In this document: piece by piece, positions 1 to 11,968 of the stretch
Layout of the letters: every line of letters begins with the position of its first letter
Position numbering within the stretch: the stretch's first letter is position 1
NCBI GenBank assembly: GCA_951406725.2
Contig: OX597830.1
Span: forward strand, 15,810,001 to 15,874,000
Length of the DNA: 64,000 bases
DNA from: Octopus vulgaris
Taxonomy: Eukaryota
Direction of reading: 5' to 3'
Program-made: the position numbers and the translations under genes
The notes under the pieces: generated by a model
Databases searched by the model: none
Seen by the model: the letters and a program-made list of their open reading frames with translations, nothing else
What the model was told of the DNA's origin: nothing

Positions 1-270
1 CACATACATACATATATCTAGACAAACATATATACATACATCTACACACATATACATACATCTATACATACATATACATACATACACATACATATATCTA
101 CACATACATACATACACACATACACACACATACATACATACATACATACATACATACATACATACATACATACATACACACATACATACATACATACACA
201 CATACATACACACATACATACATACCTACATACATACACACATACGTATGTGTATACACGTACATGTGTA
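1..270. repeat. (ACAT)n/(AC)n compound microsatellite
   Basis: Direct reading: catacata/cacaca repeats. Confidence 0.95.
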
Positions 271-315
271 TTGTTCTAAAATAGGCGAAGGATATAAACA
301 CCGGCGATTCAAGAT

Positions 316-541
316 TTGTCTGTGTTTGACACCCCCCACCCCCACCAACATCGCTTGACAACCGATGCTGGTGTGTTTACGTCCCCGTAACTTAGCGGTT
401 CGGCAAAAAGCGACCGATAGAATAAGTACTAGGCTTACAAAGAATAAGTCTCGGGGTCGATTTGCTCGACTAAAAGGCGGTGCTCCAGCATGGCCACAGC
501 CAAATGACTGAAACAAGTAAAAGAGTAAAAGAGTAAAAGAG
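316..541 (+). mobile_element. SINE family A, 3' half with (GTAAAAGA)n tail
   Basis: Matches the 3' half of the full copies at 43148 and 34507. Confidence 0.85.
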
Positions 542-618
542 TTTGTTTGTTTGTTTGTTTCTGTGTGTGTGTGTGTGTGTGTGTATCAGGGGTGTATATT
601 CCGGTTATGTTAGCGGTG

Positions 619-761
619 GGATCTTTTCATTTTGAACAGCAGTTTTCAACACGTTTACAGACGATATTTCGTCTGAAAATCCGAGCATTTCGGCAATTTT
701 AACCAATCGATTACCTCCATTCAACTAAAATCATTTGCTGCCGTTCAAAAGGAAAAGATCC
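619..761. mobile_element. Short (143 bp) MITE with GGATCTTTTC...GAAAAGATCC TIRs, Merlin-like
   Basis: ~24-bp imperfect TIRs shared with 20114 and 27909; 8-bp TSD tagcggtg/tagctgtg. Confidence 0.75.
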
Positions 762-1048
762 TAGCTGTGTGCTGCACACCCATTGTAAATGGCAAATTCA
801 TTATAAATATTAACCTTACTCGCTTATTTAATCACACATTATAATGGAAAACTCTTATTACACCCCTGCTTGAAATTTGGTGACGGGTGTCCCGGAAATA
901 ACACTGCACACCTTCCAGCGCATTCTATAATAATATGGCACCGGGCGTACTGTAAGGATTATGGAAGAATGGCAAAACAGTTAATGGCGGAGGGTATGTG
1001 ACAGCTTTGACAGCCTTGTCACATGTCAGTTTTCATGGGGAGAAGCTG

Positions 1049-1258
1049 TACTCTTTTACACTTTTGTTGCAGTAATTTGACTGCGGCCATGCTGGAGCAC
1101 CGCCTTTAATCGAGCAAATCGACCCCAGGACTTATTCTTTGTAAGCCTTGTACTTATTCTATCGGTCTCTTTTGCCGCTCGCCGCTAAGTTTACGGGGAC
1201 GTAAACACACCAGCACCGGTTGTCAAGCGATGTTGGGGGCACCAACACAGACACACAA

Positions 1259-1289
<31 letters not shown>

Positions 1290-1436
1290 CATATACATAT
1301 AGATGACGGACTTCTTTCAGTTTCCGTCTACCAAATCCACTCACAAGGCTTTGGTCGGTCCGAGGCTATAGTAGAAGACACTTGCCCAAGGTGCTACGCA
1401 GTGGGACTGAACCCGGAACCATGTGGTAGGTAAGCA
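1049..1436 (-). mobile_element. SINE family A (slightly 5'-truncated)
   Basis: Similar to other A copies; internal CA/TA microsatellite. Confidence 0.85.
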
Positions 1437-1437
1437 A

Positions 1438-1501
1438 AATAATAATAATAATGATAATAACAACAGCAACAAAAGCAATAATAATAATAATAATAATAAT
1501 G

Positions 1502-1562
<61 letters not shown>
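1438..1562. repeat. (AAT)n microsatellite
   Basis: Direct reading. Confidence 0.95.
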
Positions 1563-1563
<1 letters not shown>

Positions 1564-1800
1564 TCGTTCGCTTATTGGCCACGAGGGCTAACAAAAATCA
1601 ATTAAAACATAAAGGGGCAAAACACAGGACGAAAGTTACAAAGGGTTTTGTCCGTTTGAAAAAGTCCGTGTACAAAAGCAGGATGACAACGAAAAATAAG
1701 TAACAATTAAAACTCCCAATAGGGGGAAGTGCTTCGAAAGGTTACTCGTGGAAAAACCCATAAAAGCCACGGGGGCCTGGTCAAAAGGGGGAGTAGAGAG
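1563..1800 (-). mobile_element. 3' UTR fragment of a Tx1/L1-like LINE
   Basis: Minus strand resembles the 3' UTR of the LINE at 6757-6960; ends AGCCCTCGTGGCCAATAA before a (TTA)n tract. Confidence 0.5.
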
Positions 1801-1908
1801 ATAGTAATAATCTTTTCTACCCCTAGGCCTGAAATTTTGGCGGAGGGGAGCAGTCGATTAGATCGACCCCAGTACGCAACTAACAACAACAACAATAATA
1901 ATAATAGC

Positions 1909-1960
<52 letters not shown>

Positions 1961-1971
1961 GTAATAATAGC

Positions 1972-2005
<34 letters not shown>

Positions 2006-2008
<3 letters not shown>

Positions 2009-2562
2009 GCCCTGATGCAGTACCAGGCAGTGGCTCTCATGGCTTCTGATCTTAACTGATTGGAAGTGTTATCATGTACATTGTTTTGTCTTGGTATAAA
2101 AGATGGGCTACAGTAAATATTCTGCTCAATACCACAGATTTGCTTGTCAGTTGTTTGACCTTAACCAGTTGAGCATGTCCCTTAGTGGCTGACGATATGT
2201 GCATCTCTGATCACGAGCAGAAGTAGTGGGGGAGCATCATAGCCATGTGTTGAGAAGGATTCTTTGGGGTTTGAATAGTTCACCTCTGGAAACATGGGTG
2301 GTTCTTTCAACATCCTTAAACAACCCTTATTCAGGGACCGTTTGAGCAGGATGGGCTACTCAACCTGAAGAAAATTCTAACTGGGCCCCACCTGCAAGGT
2401 CATGTGCTGTTTATCTTGATATGAGATCACCATGTCGCGCACATATGGTTGTAATGCATGTGCCTGGTGTACCTTTATCAGACGGGTAGTCATGATGGGT
2501 ATATTGGGCTTCGTATATTTTACCCCAGTGTCACTTTGATGGCATGAACTGCTCTCTCACTC
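2006..2562. mobile_element. Unclassified ~557-bp interspersed repeat embedded in (AAT)n
   Basis: (AAT)n on both sides; diverged partial second copy at ~31993-32142. Confidence 0.55.
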
Positions 2563-2618
<56 letters not shown>

Positions 2619-2647
2619 TAATAACAATGATGATGATGATAATAATG

Positions 2648-2745
<98 letters not shown>

Positions 2746-2794
2746 TCGGAAACGGCTGTGAAATGCGAGGAAGTATCAAGCTGAAAGATATTAC

Positions 2795-2930
2795 CTTGAA
2801 CAACGGCGAAGAGGTTCTGTGGTGAGTCGAGGAAGTCCTCGTCTTTATATATAGGCATGAAACGGATGTTAATCGTTTGCTCAGCTGCTGTGATAAAGCT
2901 GCGTAATTTCGATGACCTCTATGCAAATAG
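2795..2930 (-). promoter_or_regulatory. Candidate Pol II TATA promoter with short non-coding first exon
   Basis: Minus strand TATATATAAA (2853-2844), Inr-like CTCAC ~30 nt downstream (+1 ~2823), donor AAG/GTAATA at 2795/2794; octamer ATGCAAAT at 2921, E-box CAGCTG at 2882, GATA at 2891. Confidence 0.4.
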
Positions 2931-3364
2931 TCAACTGTGTCGGGCAGCTTGAATCCCATTAAACTATTGTTTACTCAACAGGTTTCTTTCGTTTCTTGTT
3001 CTCTTTTTTTCTTCTTTCTAATCAGTCGAGTCGGTTGCACTTTTATTTTTCTAATTTGGATTTGTCTGAATCAATCAACTGCAGCAACTTTTTTTTTCTC
3101 GTGCTTTTTTTCTCTCCTGTTTTTTTTAAACTTTTTTGCGTTTTACTTGTTCCATTCATAGGACTGCGGTCATGCTGGAGTACCGCCTTCAAGGGTTTAG
3201 TCGAACAAATCGGTCCAGTACTTATTTAGAAAAAAAAAAAAAAAAAAGAATGTCAAGTACTTTCTCTATTGGTTTTTTTTTGTCGAACCGCAAAATTAGA
3301 AAGACGTTAAAAATCCATCACCCATTGGCAAGCACTGCGAGGACAAAGACGAAGACGAAGTCAC

Positions 3365-4070
3365 ACGCACACACACAAACATACATACATACATACATAC
3401 ATACATACGTACGTACATACATACATACATACATACATACATACATACATACATACATACATACATACATACATACATACATACATACATACGTACGTAC
3501 ATACATACATACATACATACACACAAACATACATACATACATACATACATACACACAAACATACATACATACAAACATACAAATATACATACATACATAC
3601 ACACATACCTACCTACATACATACATACATAATACATACATGCATACACACGCATACACACATACATACATGCATACATACATACATACATACACACACA
3701 TACATACATACATACACACAAACATACAAACATACATACACACATACATACATACACGCATACATACATACAGACAGACAGACAGACAGATATACATACA
3801 TACATACATACATACATACATACACACAAACACACAAACATACATACACACATACATACATACACGCATACATACATACATACAGACATACATACACATA
3901 CATACATACAGACATACATACATACATACATACATACATACATACATACATGCACACGCATACATACATACATACATACACACGCATACATACATACACA
4001 CAAACACACACACATATATACACACACATACATACATACACACGCATACATACATACATACATACATACA

Positions 4071-4102
<32 letters not shown>

Positions 4103-4155
4103 GACACACACACAGACACATACATACATACATACATACATACATACATACATAC
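3365..4155. repeat. ~790-bp (ACAT)n/(AC)n compound microsatellite
   Basis: Direct reading. Confidence 0.95.
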
Positions 4156-4159
4156 TTTG

Positions 4160-4321
4160 GTGCAGGCGTGGCTGTGTGGTAAGAAGATTGCTTCTCAACC
4201 ACATGGTTCCAGGTTCAGTCCCACAGCGTGGCACCTTTGGCAAGTGTCTTCTACTATAACCTCGGACCGACCAAAGCCTTGTAAGAGGAATTGTTAGACG
4301 GAAACTAGAAGAAACCCGACG

Positions 4322-4325
<4 letters not shown>
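4160..4325 (+). mobile_element. SINE family A, tRNA-like 5' head only
   Basis: A-box TGGCTGTGTGG, B-box GGTTCAGTCCC; ends at the internal microsatellite. Confidence 0.8.
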
Positions 4326-4395
<70 letters not shown>

Positions 4396-4574
4396 TTTTA
4401 TTTATTAGGGAATAAAAATTCCGGCATCACAGGGATTCAAATAAATTGAATTATTCTCGATAAGGAAATATATGTTATTTAGAGATAGAAGTCCCCACGC
4501 AATTCATCAAATCCTAATGTACATCACACCAAAACGGTTCTGACTCTAAATGCAGATTCTGCGATAAATTTGAT

Positions 4575-5280
4575 GAAATAATAGACCATCCCGTCTCGGC
4601 ATGTCCTGAGATGACACCAAACGAATACAAAAATCGCCATGATAGGGTAGGACAGTATTTACATTGGAAAATATGTAAACACTACAAAATCAGCACGCCT
4701 GCTTATTGGAATGAACATCATCCTGAGCCAGTCGTTGAAGGTTAAAATGTCACCATCCTCTGCAATTTTCCAGTCAACACTGACAGAACGATCCAGGCTA
4801 ATCGACCAGACATAGTCATTAAAGACCGAGCAAAAAAATACTTGTAGACTAATAGATGCAAATGTTCCCACAGTTAAAGAATATATCTGTCAAGGAATTT
4901 CACAAATTAAGTAAATATAAGGACCAGGAAATTGAAATACAAAAGATGTGACATCTTAAAGCGAGAACTGCACCTCTCATTGTGGATGCCCCAGGCATGA
5001 TAAGAAAGGGATGTCAGAAACATCTAGATAATATCCCAGTGGAATCATATCTCAGAGAAATCCAAAAGTTTGTACTGACAAGTACAGCCCCCATCCTTAG
5101 AAAAACCCTATCAATTTAAATGTATATGTTGTATTACATGAAGATATTTCGCCACTGCTCCTGCCACTTGCCCTCCCCAAGCTTTCAGTCATACTGTAAC
5201 ATCTCTTATCCTTCACTCGCCCTAGGACGAGTGTTACAATCACTCGGCGAGTGATAGTAACAAACATGCAGATTAAAAGT
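4575..5280 (+). pseudogene. R4/Dong-clade non-LTR retrotransposon 3' fragment (restriction-like endonuclease domain), decayed
   Basis: Translates EYKNRHDRVGQYLHWKICKHY...ANRPDIVIKD...KYKD; contains stops; followed by (AAT)n. Confidence 0.75.
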
Positions 5281-5305
5281 TGATAATAATAATAATAATA
5301 ATAAC

Positions 5306-5378
<73 letters not shown>

Positions 5379-5396
5379 GTAATAGTAATAATAATA

Positions 5397-5815
5397 AACG
5401 TATCTGTCAAGACCTACCAGAAACTGAGCAAATATAAAGATCCTGAAATAGAAATCAGCAAAATGTGGAACCTGAAGACTAAAACAATACCTGTTGTCAT
5501 AGGTGCCCTGGGAATAATAGCAAAAGGGGTTGATTGCTACCTAACTCAGGTACTAGGAAACTCAAAAATGGCAGAAATTCAAAAGATAGTGCTCATGGGA
5601 ACTGCTCATATCCTACGCAAAATACTTTCTATGTAATCTTAAGTTTTAAAACAAACATAATTTTCGTATGTTTTTTTTAGACATTCACTAAGTACAAAAC
5701 CAAATATATGGTACCCTAGGCATAAGACCAACACGAACTTCCAACTTGTTGTCTTTTGAGGTCTCTGGGTGAGACTTGGAGCCAACTTGTGCAAATGTAA
5801 AGCAAAAGTCAAACA

Positions 5816-5817
<2 letters not shown>
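5397..5817 (+). mobile_element. R4/Dong-clade LINE extreme 3' end (RLE C-terminus plus 3' UTR) inside (AAT)n
   Basis: KLSKYKDPEIEISKMWNLKTKTIPVVIGALG...EIQKIVLMGTAHILRKILSM*; (AAT)n both sides. Confidence 0.8.
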
Positions 5818-5891
<74 letters not shown>

Positions 5892-5895
<4 letters not shown>

Positions 5896-6035
5896 GTTTC
5901 AAATTTTGTCACAACAGCAGCAGTTTTGGGGGATGAAATGAGTCGACTCCAGTGTTCAACTGGTACTTATTTTATCGACCCCGAAAGGATGAAAGGCGAA
6001 GTCGACCTCGACGGAATTTGAACTCAGAACTTAGC
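5892..6035 (-). mobile_element. SINE family B, truncated, alternative tail
   Basis: Core gaccccgaaaggatgaaaggc...gaactcagaac. Confidence 0.7.
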
Positions 6036-6199
6036 AAGTAATACTAATAATAAGAACATATTTTGTTTGCCACAAGAGCATCAGATGGTAGAGACATTGG
6101 TATATTAGTCAAATCTGTAAATTCGAAGTGATGGAAAAATGGTATAAATAAAAATCAGCTACGGTGAGTGTGAATTACAAGATTTTATGCAATTTCTCT

Positions 6200-6257
6200 T
6201 CAGAGACTGATCATATTGAAGTAAGACGATAAGATATGATCGTAGAGGTCACGAAAA

Positions 6258-6331
<74 letters not shown>

Positions 6332-6610
6332 GTCTAGTGGTCATAAACTTTTCAATACCATATGATCGTGGTAGGAATATCAAAGAATTTGAGAAGTATC
6401 AGCAGAGAGACAGCGAGCTTAAGAGATTTTGGAAGGCTGAGCTTAAATTCATTCCAGTGGCAATTGGTGCTCTCAGCTGCTGCCAAAGAGGCTGCAGGAT
6501 ATTGCAACTGAGAAGTGTATTGTTCGACTGGCAGAAAAGTATTATCCAGTATTTTGCAAGAATCCAAAAAAAGAAAGATTCTTAAGATTCAGAGGAGACT
6601 CGTTGTCACC
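6200..6610 (+). pseudogene. Old R4-like RLE fragment interrupted by (TA)n
   Basis: INFSIPYD...EKYQ...LKRFWKAELKFIPVAIGAL. Confidence 0.55.
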
Positions 6611-6729
6611 AAAAAGCTTAAGATAACATCTCTGCTAATTAAATTAGCATGTAATGAATTTTGTGTAATGATGATAATAATGATAATAATAATAATAATA
6701 ATAATAATAATCACAACAACAGAAAGGTT

Positions 6730-8660
6730 GATGATGATGATGATGATGATGATGATTTATTTCTTTGTTAACAACTGAGGTTTTGGAAAAAAAAGGTGTA
6801 CAAAACAAGACGACACCATACAATTCAATGTGGGATTACGTAAAACAAAGAAACCAAAACAATTCAAACAAAAGGTAATTCTCTAAAAGGGGTAAAATTC
6901 TGTGGGTCCCGCTTAGAAACCGACCAAACCACGGTTACCATGACAACTAGGGCAAGCGTTTTCTCTCTGGCTGTCTGCTTTCTTCAATCTAAGACGCATT
7001 CATTCAATCTTCAACACAAATTTACTGGAAGGCAGCACTTCTGTCTTCGCTTTCACATTCCTTTTCAAGTAAAACTTGGAAAAGTTGAAGACGGCTCGGC
7101 CAAAGAGGAATCGTTTCTAACTACAACCCTTTCAGTCTAACCCACCACAATCTCTTTCGCAAAGACCACCAGAAAAATAAAGGTTGCCGGTACTTCCCAA
7201 CCAAAAAAAGGCAGCAGGATGATCTTCACAAAGGACTCTGCCGATAGCTGGATCCGTCCTACACTCTACAGAAGCTGTTCGACATAAACCCAGAAGTCAG
7301 CAACACTTGGGCACTTGACGAATGAGTGGAGAACAGTTTCATCACTCTGTGTGCCTCTCGTGTTAGCCAAGATAACGTCACTTCTATACTTGTACTCGAA
7401 CGGACACGATCTCGAACCGACAATGCCCTTACCTAGTAGCAAACCAGAGATTTCTGGAAATTATAGATAGGACCCGGTTCGAGAGTCCTCCAGAACAGAC
7501 TAGCCAGTTGATTTTCATAAACTTCTACTGTTTCCCCCCAAACTTCGAGGCTTTGGAGTTATATAAGGAGTTAGTAAGAGACAAGAGCCTCGATGTCAGA
7601 CACGATTTTGAAATCTTCGTTTCACAGAGTCATGGGCTGAAAATTATCAATGTGTTCTTATTTCTTTTTAGGGCCTTTCTCGGCAGTGCCACTGCTTCTT
7701 GACTCACAGAATAGGGAATTCTCTCGTCCTGATGCCAGTTACGGTAGACATCTGCCAAGAGGTTGCCAAACAAGCTCGGCGTGTAAAAGTAAAGCACGTA
7801 GGGCAAACCACCCAAACCAAGCGATCTGTACCTCACGTAGCCAACCATCATTTCCCATATTTCCGCGGTGGTCACTGGTTTTTCACGACACTGTCTCCCT
7901 TGCCGAAAATCGTAGCAGGCCGTCGAGGCGGGCACTGAAAACCGTTCTGCGTTTCGGCCTGCCATTCATTCATTCCGAACAGTCGACTGAAGTGTTGCTG
8001 AAAAACTGGGCATCTGCTTGAGTTTGAGTAACATGTGTCTGTTATGGTCCACCAAAGACCGAATTGTGGCTTTGTTGCCACGTTGTATCTCCACCACAAG
8101 CGCCCGTGGAATGCCTTTCTTTCCCTCATTTTTTAGAACACACACTTTATCTCTGACAATGCAGTCTTCACGCTTCACGATAAACAATTGTTCGAGAGCC
8201 AATCTCACCTTGATATCGTCAGTTGCGATGCTTTTCCATCAATAAACATTTAAGTAAATCTTTTTCCTTTTACCCCCGCATCTCTTAGTTCAATAATCTC
8301 ATTCTTACCATCCAACTTATTTCTCACCTTCATTCTTCTTTTGTCGTCATCATCGCCCATTTTCATTCCACTTGTCATTTCTCTTTCTCTCTTCCTCTTT
8401 CCTGCTACCTCTAGTCTATGCATGCGAGTTCACCTTTTCTTGCCTAACCCCAAACCTAACCCTAACCCGCCAGTTGCAACCAGTTTCTCAAAGATAAAGG
8501 ATGAAAAACTCTGCTGTCTTTCTTTTCTTTCCCTCCTGTTAACTTTACCAAAAAGGGATCTCTCCGAAATGTAGGGTCTTCCACTCCACACGGCAATTTC
8601 CCCGTACTTTTTTCTGCCGCTTTTTCCAAATAAGTCTTGCCAACGCCGACCATCATCAGT
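6730..8660 (-). pseudogene. Decayed, internally deleted Tx1/L1-clade LINE (ORF1 remnant, RT N-terminus, C-terminal Cys/His region, 3' UTR, (CAT)n tail)
   Basis: KPVTTAEI..RSLGLGGLPY..LFGNLLADVYRNW..IP (RT domain 0), FSPMTL.NEDFKI, DETVLHSFVKCPSVADFWVYVEQLL; same family as 49950-51685. Confidence 0.75.
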
Positions 8661-8699
8661 ATCCTTGGATTCTGTTTTTATCTGATATTTTGAGATTCA

Positions 8700-9248
8700 T
8701 TTAATTCAGGGGTAGTAAAAAAGGGTATTATTCAAATGAGAAAAGATATCGCATGTTATATTTTACTTGACGTTGTATAAATAGGATCAAAATTACCGAA
8801 CTGATGTTGAGTGAGAAGACAAATTATTTTCTGTATTCTTGATAAATGGGTATCCCGATGTGATAATTGATAAAAATCTACATATCATTACCATGAAGTA
8901 TTACACACACACACACACACACAGAGAGTGTTTTAACCCATTAAACAAAGTGGATTTACTTATTGAGAAAACTATCAATTACAGAGATCAATATCGTATC
9001 ACATACACTACATCCATCGCTTGATTTATCACACAGATATCAATCTTTTTCTAATTATCAACAGAAAATCAGAAACTGGTTTTATTACCGCCATATAAGT
9101 CGTACTCTATTCACGGGTTCCTCATCTACGTAGACTAAAGTATTTATAGCTATCATGTCTCTTGATGGTTCTAATTACCTAACTCTGAATATTTATATGG
9201 CTTAAATAAAGGAGGTTGGGTAACACTTATAAGCTTCTGGAAGGTTCG
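8700..9248 (+). mobile_element. Penelope-like element remnant; inverted copy at 58765-59350
   Basis: KLFSVFLINGYPDVII (PLE NGYP motif); closely similar reverse complement 50 kb away. Confidence 0.55.
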
Positions 9249-9249
9249 A

Positions 9250-9482
9250 AAGGCGGCGAGCTGGCAGAAACGTTAGCACGCCGGATGAAATGCTTAGCGG
9301 TATTTCGTCTGTCGTTACGTTGTGAGTTCAAATTCCGCCGAGGTTGACTTTGCCTTTCATCCTTTCGGGGTCGATAAATTAAGTACCAGTTCCGCAGTGA
9401 GGTCGATGTAATCGACTTAATACCTATGTCTGTCCTTGTTTGTCTCCTCTATGTTTAGCCCCTAGTGGGTAATAAAGAAATA
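9250..9482 (+). mobile_element. SINE family B, full length
   Basis: Head AAGGCGGCGAGCTGGCAGAA, B-box-like GAGTTCAAATTCC, central GCCTTTCATCCTTTCGGGGTCGATAAA domain, tail AATAAAGAAATA. Confidence 0.85.
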
Positions 9483-9604
9483 GGTACTATTCGCCGAGTA
9501 TTCGAGGCCTTCGGTACGTTTACAGTAAAAAAATTTTTATAATTAAAATAATAAAAATTTAGATTCTAAGAGCGAGTCCTGCCGGCTTGCGTACGAAAAA
9601 TATG

Positions 9605-9692
<88 letters not shown>

Positions 9693-9695
<3 letters not shown>

Positions 9696-11313
9696 TGATT
9701 GTTTGATTGATTGATTGATTCTAGTTTCAGCTTATGAGCTGTGGCCATGCTGGGGCACCGCCATTTGGTGTTGCTACTTGGTTTCACTTCATGGAGGCTT
9801 TCTAGCAACTGCTATTTGGTGCATGAGAGAGTTCGATGCAGCTGCCCTCATCTGCCCCTCCTGCCGTGAAGTTGGTTCATCTGGGACACCTGACAGGAAG
9901 AGATCCAGCTTCATTTTAAAGACATCTGTATCCACCCCATGCAGGTCTCTCAGGTTCTTCGGGAGGATATTGAAGAGCTGTGGACCTCGGAAGCCCAGGC
10001 TATCACAGAATCTTGTCCTACATCTTGATGGCAGGTTTGGAGTCCCAGGCACCACGCAGTGGCGCCCAGTTCTGGCATTTGCGTAACTCTCGATGCCAAA
10101 GTTCAGGACACTTCCCTCCAGGATCTTCCAGATGTATATTATGGTATATCTTTCCCGCCTACGCTCCAGGGAATATAATTTTAATCTCTTGAGTCTTTCC
10201 CAGTAGCTTACATTCTGCATAGAGGCTATCTTCTTTGTGTAGCTTCGTTGGATCGCCTCAAGTTCTGTGATCAACTTGACACTGGATGGTGACCATAGCT
10301 GAGAGCAATAGTCAAAGTGGCTTAGGACAAGTGTCTTCCAGAGGACCATCATGGTTTCTTGTTCTCTTGTTCTAAAGGTTCTAAGAATCCATCCAGCCAG
10401 CCGTCTACATTTCATTGTCAGTTTAGCAACATGTACATGAAAGGTCGCGTCATCACTCATGTGAATACCCAGGTCACGCACTGATTGTGCCTCTGGGATT
10501 GCAATCCCTCCGGGTCCAGTGTATTCATTGGGTATTGCATTCAGTTTTGCATGCTGATAGTATAAAGCTTGAAACTTTCCAGCATTGAACTGCATGCTAT
10601 TCTTTTCAGCCCACCTGTATATTTCGTCCAGCTCACATTGCAGGTGTTTAGTGTCCTCAGGGTTCTGTATTGCCTGTGAAACTTTTGTATCATCTGCATA
10701 ACTTGTGATCGTGGCTCTCTGCGTGGCTGAGGGCATGTCTGAGAGGGCCATTATGAACAGTAGTGGTCCCAGAACAGTGCCCTGCGGAACACCGCTCACT
10801 ATTTGTGTGTTAATGGAGGTGGCCCCATTGGCTACTACCACCTGACTTCTATCCTTCAGAAAGTCATGAAGCCATTCTCCCAGTTTTCCAACTATGTTGA
10901 GATCACGCAGTTTGTGACATATCATTCCATGATCGACTTTATCAAAGGCCTTTGCAAAGTCGAGATATATCACTTCCACATTTGAGTGGTTGAGCAGCCG
11001 TTTCAGCACCCAGTCATAGTGTTGTAGGAGCTGAGTTAAACAGCTTCTCCCTGGTCGGAAACCATGTTGGGTGTCGGGCAGCAAGTCATTCTCTTCAAGG
11101 AAGGTGATCAGCTTCCTTCTGACTATTCGTTCCATGACCTTGCTGATGTATGAGGTCAGAGAGATAGGTCTATAGTTCTTGGCTTCCGCTCTGCTACCTC
11201 CTTTATGAATGGGGCATATTTTACCTTCCTTCAGTTTTCCTGGAAGTTTGCCAGCTGCAAGGAAGCTCTGAAAGAGGAACTGCAGTGGTCTTGCTAGGAC
11301 TCTCTTACATGCT
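9693..11313 (-). mobile_element. CR1-type non-LTR retrotransposon, 5'-truncated, (CAAT)n tail, flanked by (TA)n
   Basis: RT ORF, short 3' UTR with stem-loop, tandem tail. Confidence 0.9.
9789..11313 (-). CDS. Reverse transcriptase (LINE ORF2 C-terminal ~505 aa, no endonuclease, no native start)
   Basis: NYRPISLTS, QHGFRPGRSC, YLDFAKAFDKVDH, GVPQGTVLGPLLF, YADD, RDLG, LERRR motifs; no internal stop. Confidence 0.9.
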
Positions 11314-11344
11314 TCATATATATATATATGAAGCAAAAGTTTCT

Positions 11345-11457
11345 TCTGTAGCCCTTAAATACTGTTGTGGATCTGTAATTTAATATTTTGTTGTGTGGAA
11401 CTCAAAAATCTTATATGGGCCATCAGGGACCAGATGGGACCCGGTTGAGAACCACTG
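11345..11457 (-). mobile_element. hAT-like MITE end (CAGTGGTTCTCAACC)
   Basis: Terminus resembles the CAGCGGTTCTCAACC end at 58162. Confidence 0.45.
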
Positions 11458-11517
11458 ATTTAGGTGAACTCTTTTATTCAGCCAAGTAGTCACTCACTCA
11501 CTCACTAACTCCCTCTG

Positions 11518-11572
<55 letters not shown>

Positions 11573-11914
11573 TACAATCTATCTGTCTGTCTATCTATCT
11601 ATCTTACAATCTATCTATCTGTCTGTCTATCTGTCTGTCTGTCTGTCTGTCTGCCTGTTTGTCATCGCCATTCTCTCTGTTTATATCTTACTATTTCGCT
11701 CACTGTATGTATGTATGTACGCATGACTGTATATCATTTTGCACCTTATGTATACATGCACATATGTATACGTGCATGTGTGTATGTGCGGTATAAACAT
11801 TTTAACTCTAGATTTAACTGTTGATTTTTCTATTTTCGCGTGGTTTAGAGCAACATATTTCGTTTCCACTAACGTAACTTGGTAGCAAAGGAGTTTCGCT
11901 TAAAAAAAAATAAA

Positions 11915-11950
<36 letters not shown>

Positions 11951-11968
11951 TGCGGTGCTTTCTTTACA

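Noticed and set aside
587-868. CAGGGGTGTA/TACACCCCTG 10-bp inverted repeat around the small MITE
   Set aside because: Possibly an old hAT MITE, but there is no TSD and the repeat is too short to support a call.
1394-2959. Poly-N/I/L/Y ORFs
   Set aside because: (AAT)n tracts, not proteins.
3136-4360. Long ORFs (up to 354 aa) of YVCM/HTYI repeats here and at 13.1-13.8, 15.3-15.8, 22.6-23.0 and 54.5-55.2 kb
   Set aside because: Translations of stop-free microsatellites, open in several frames on both strands.
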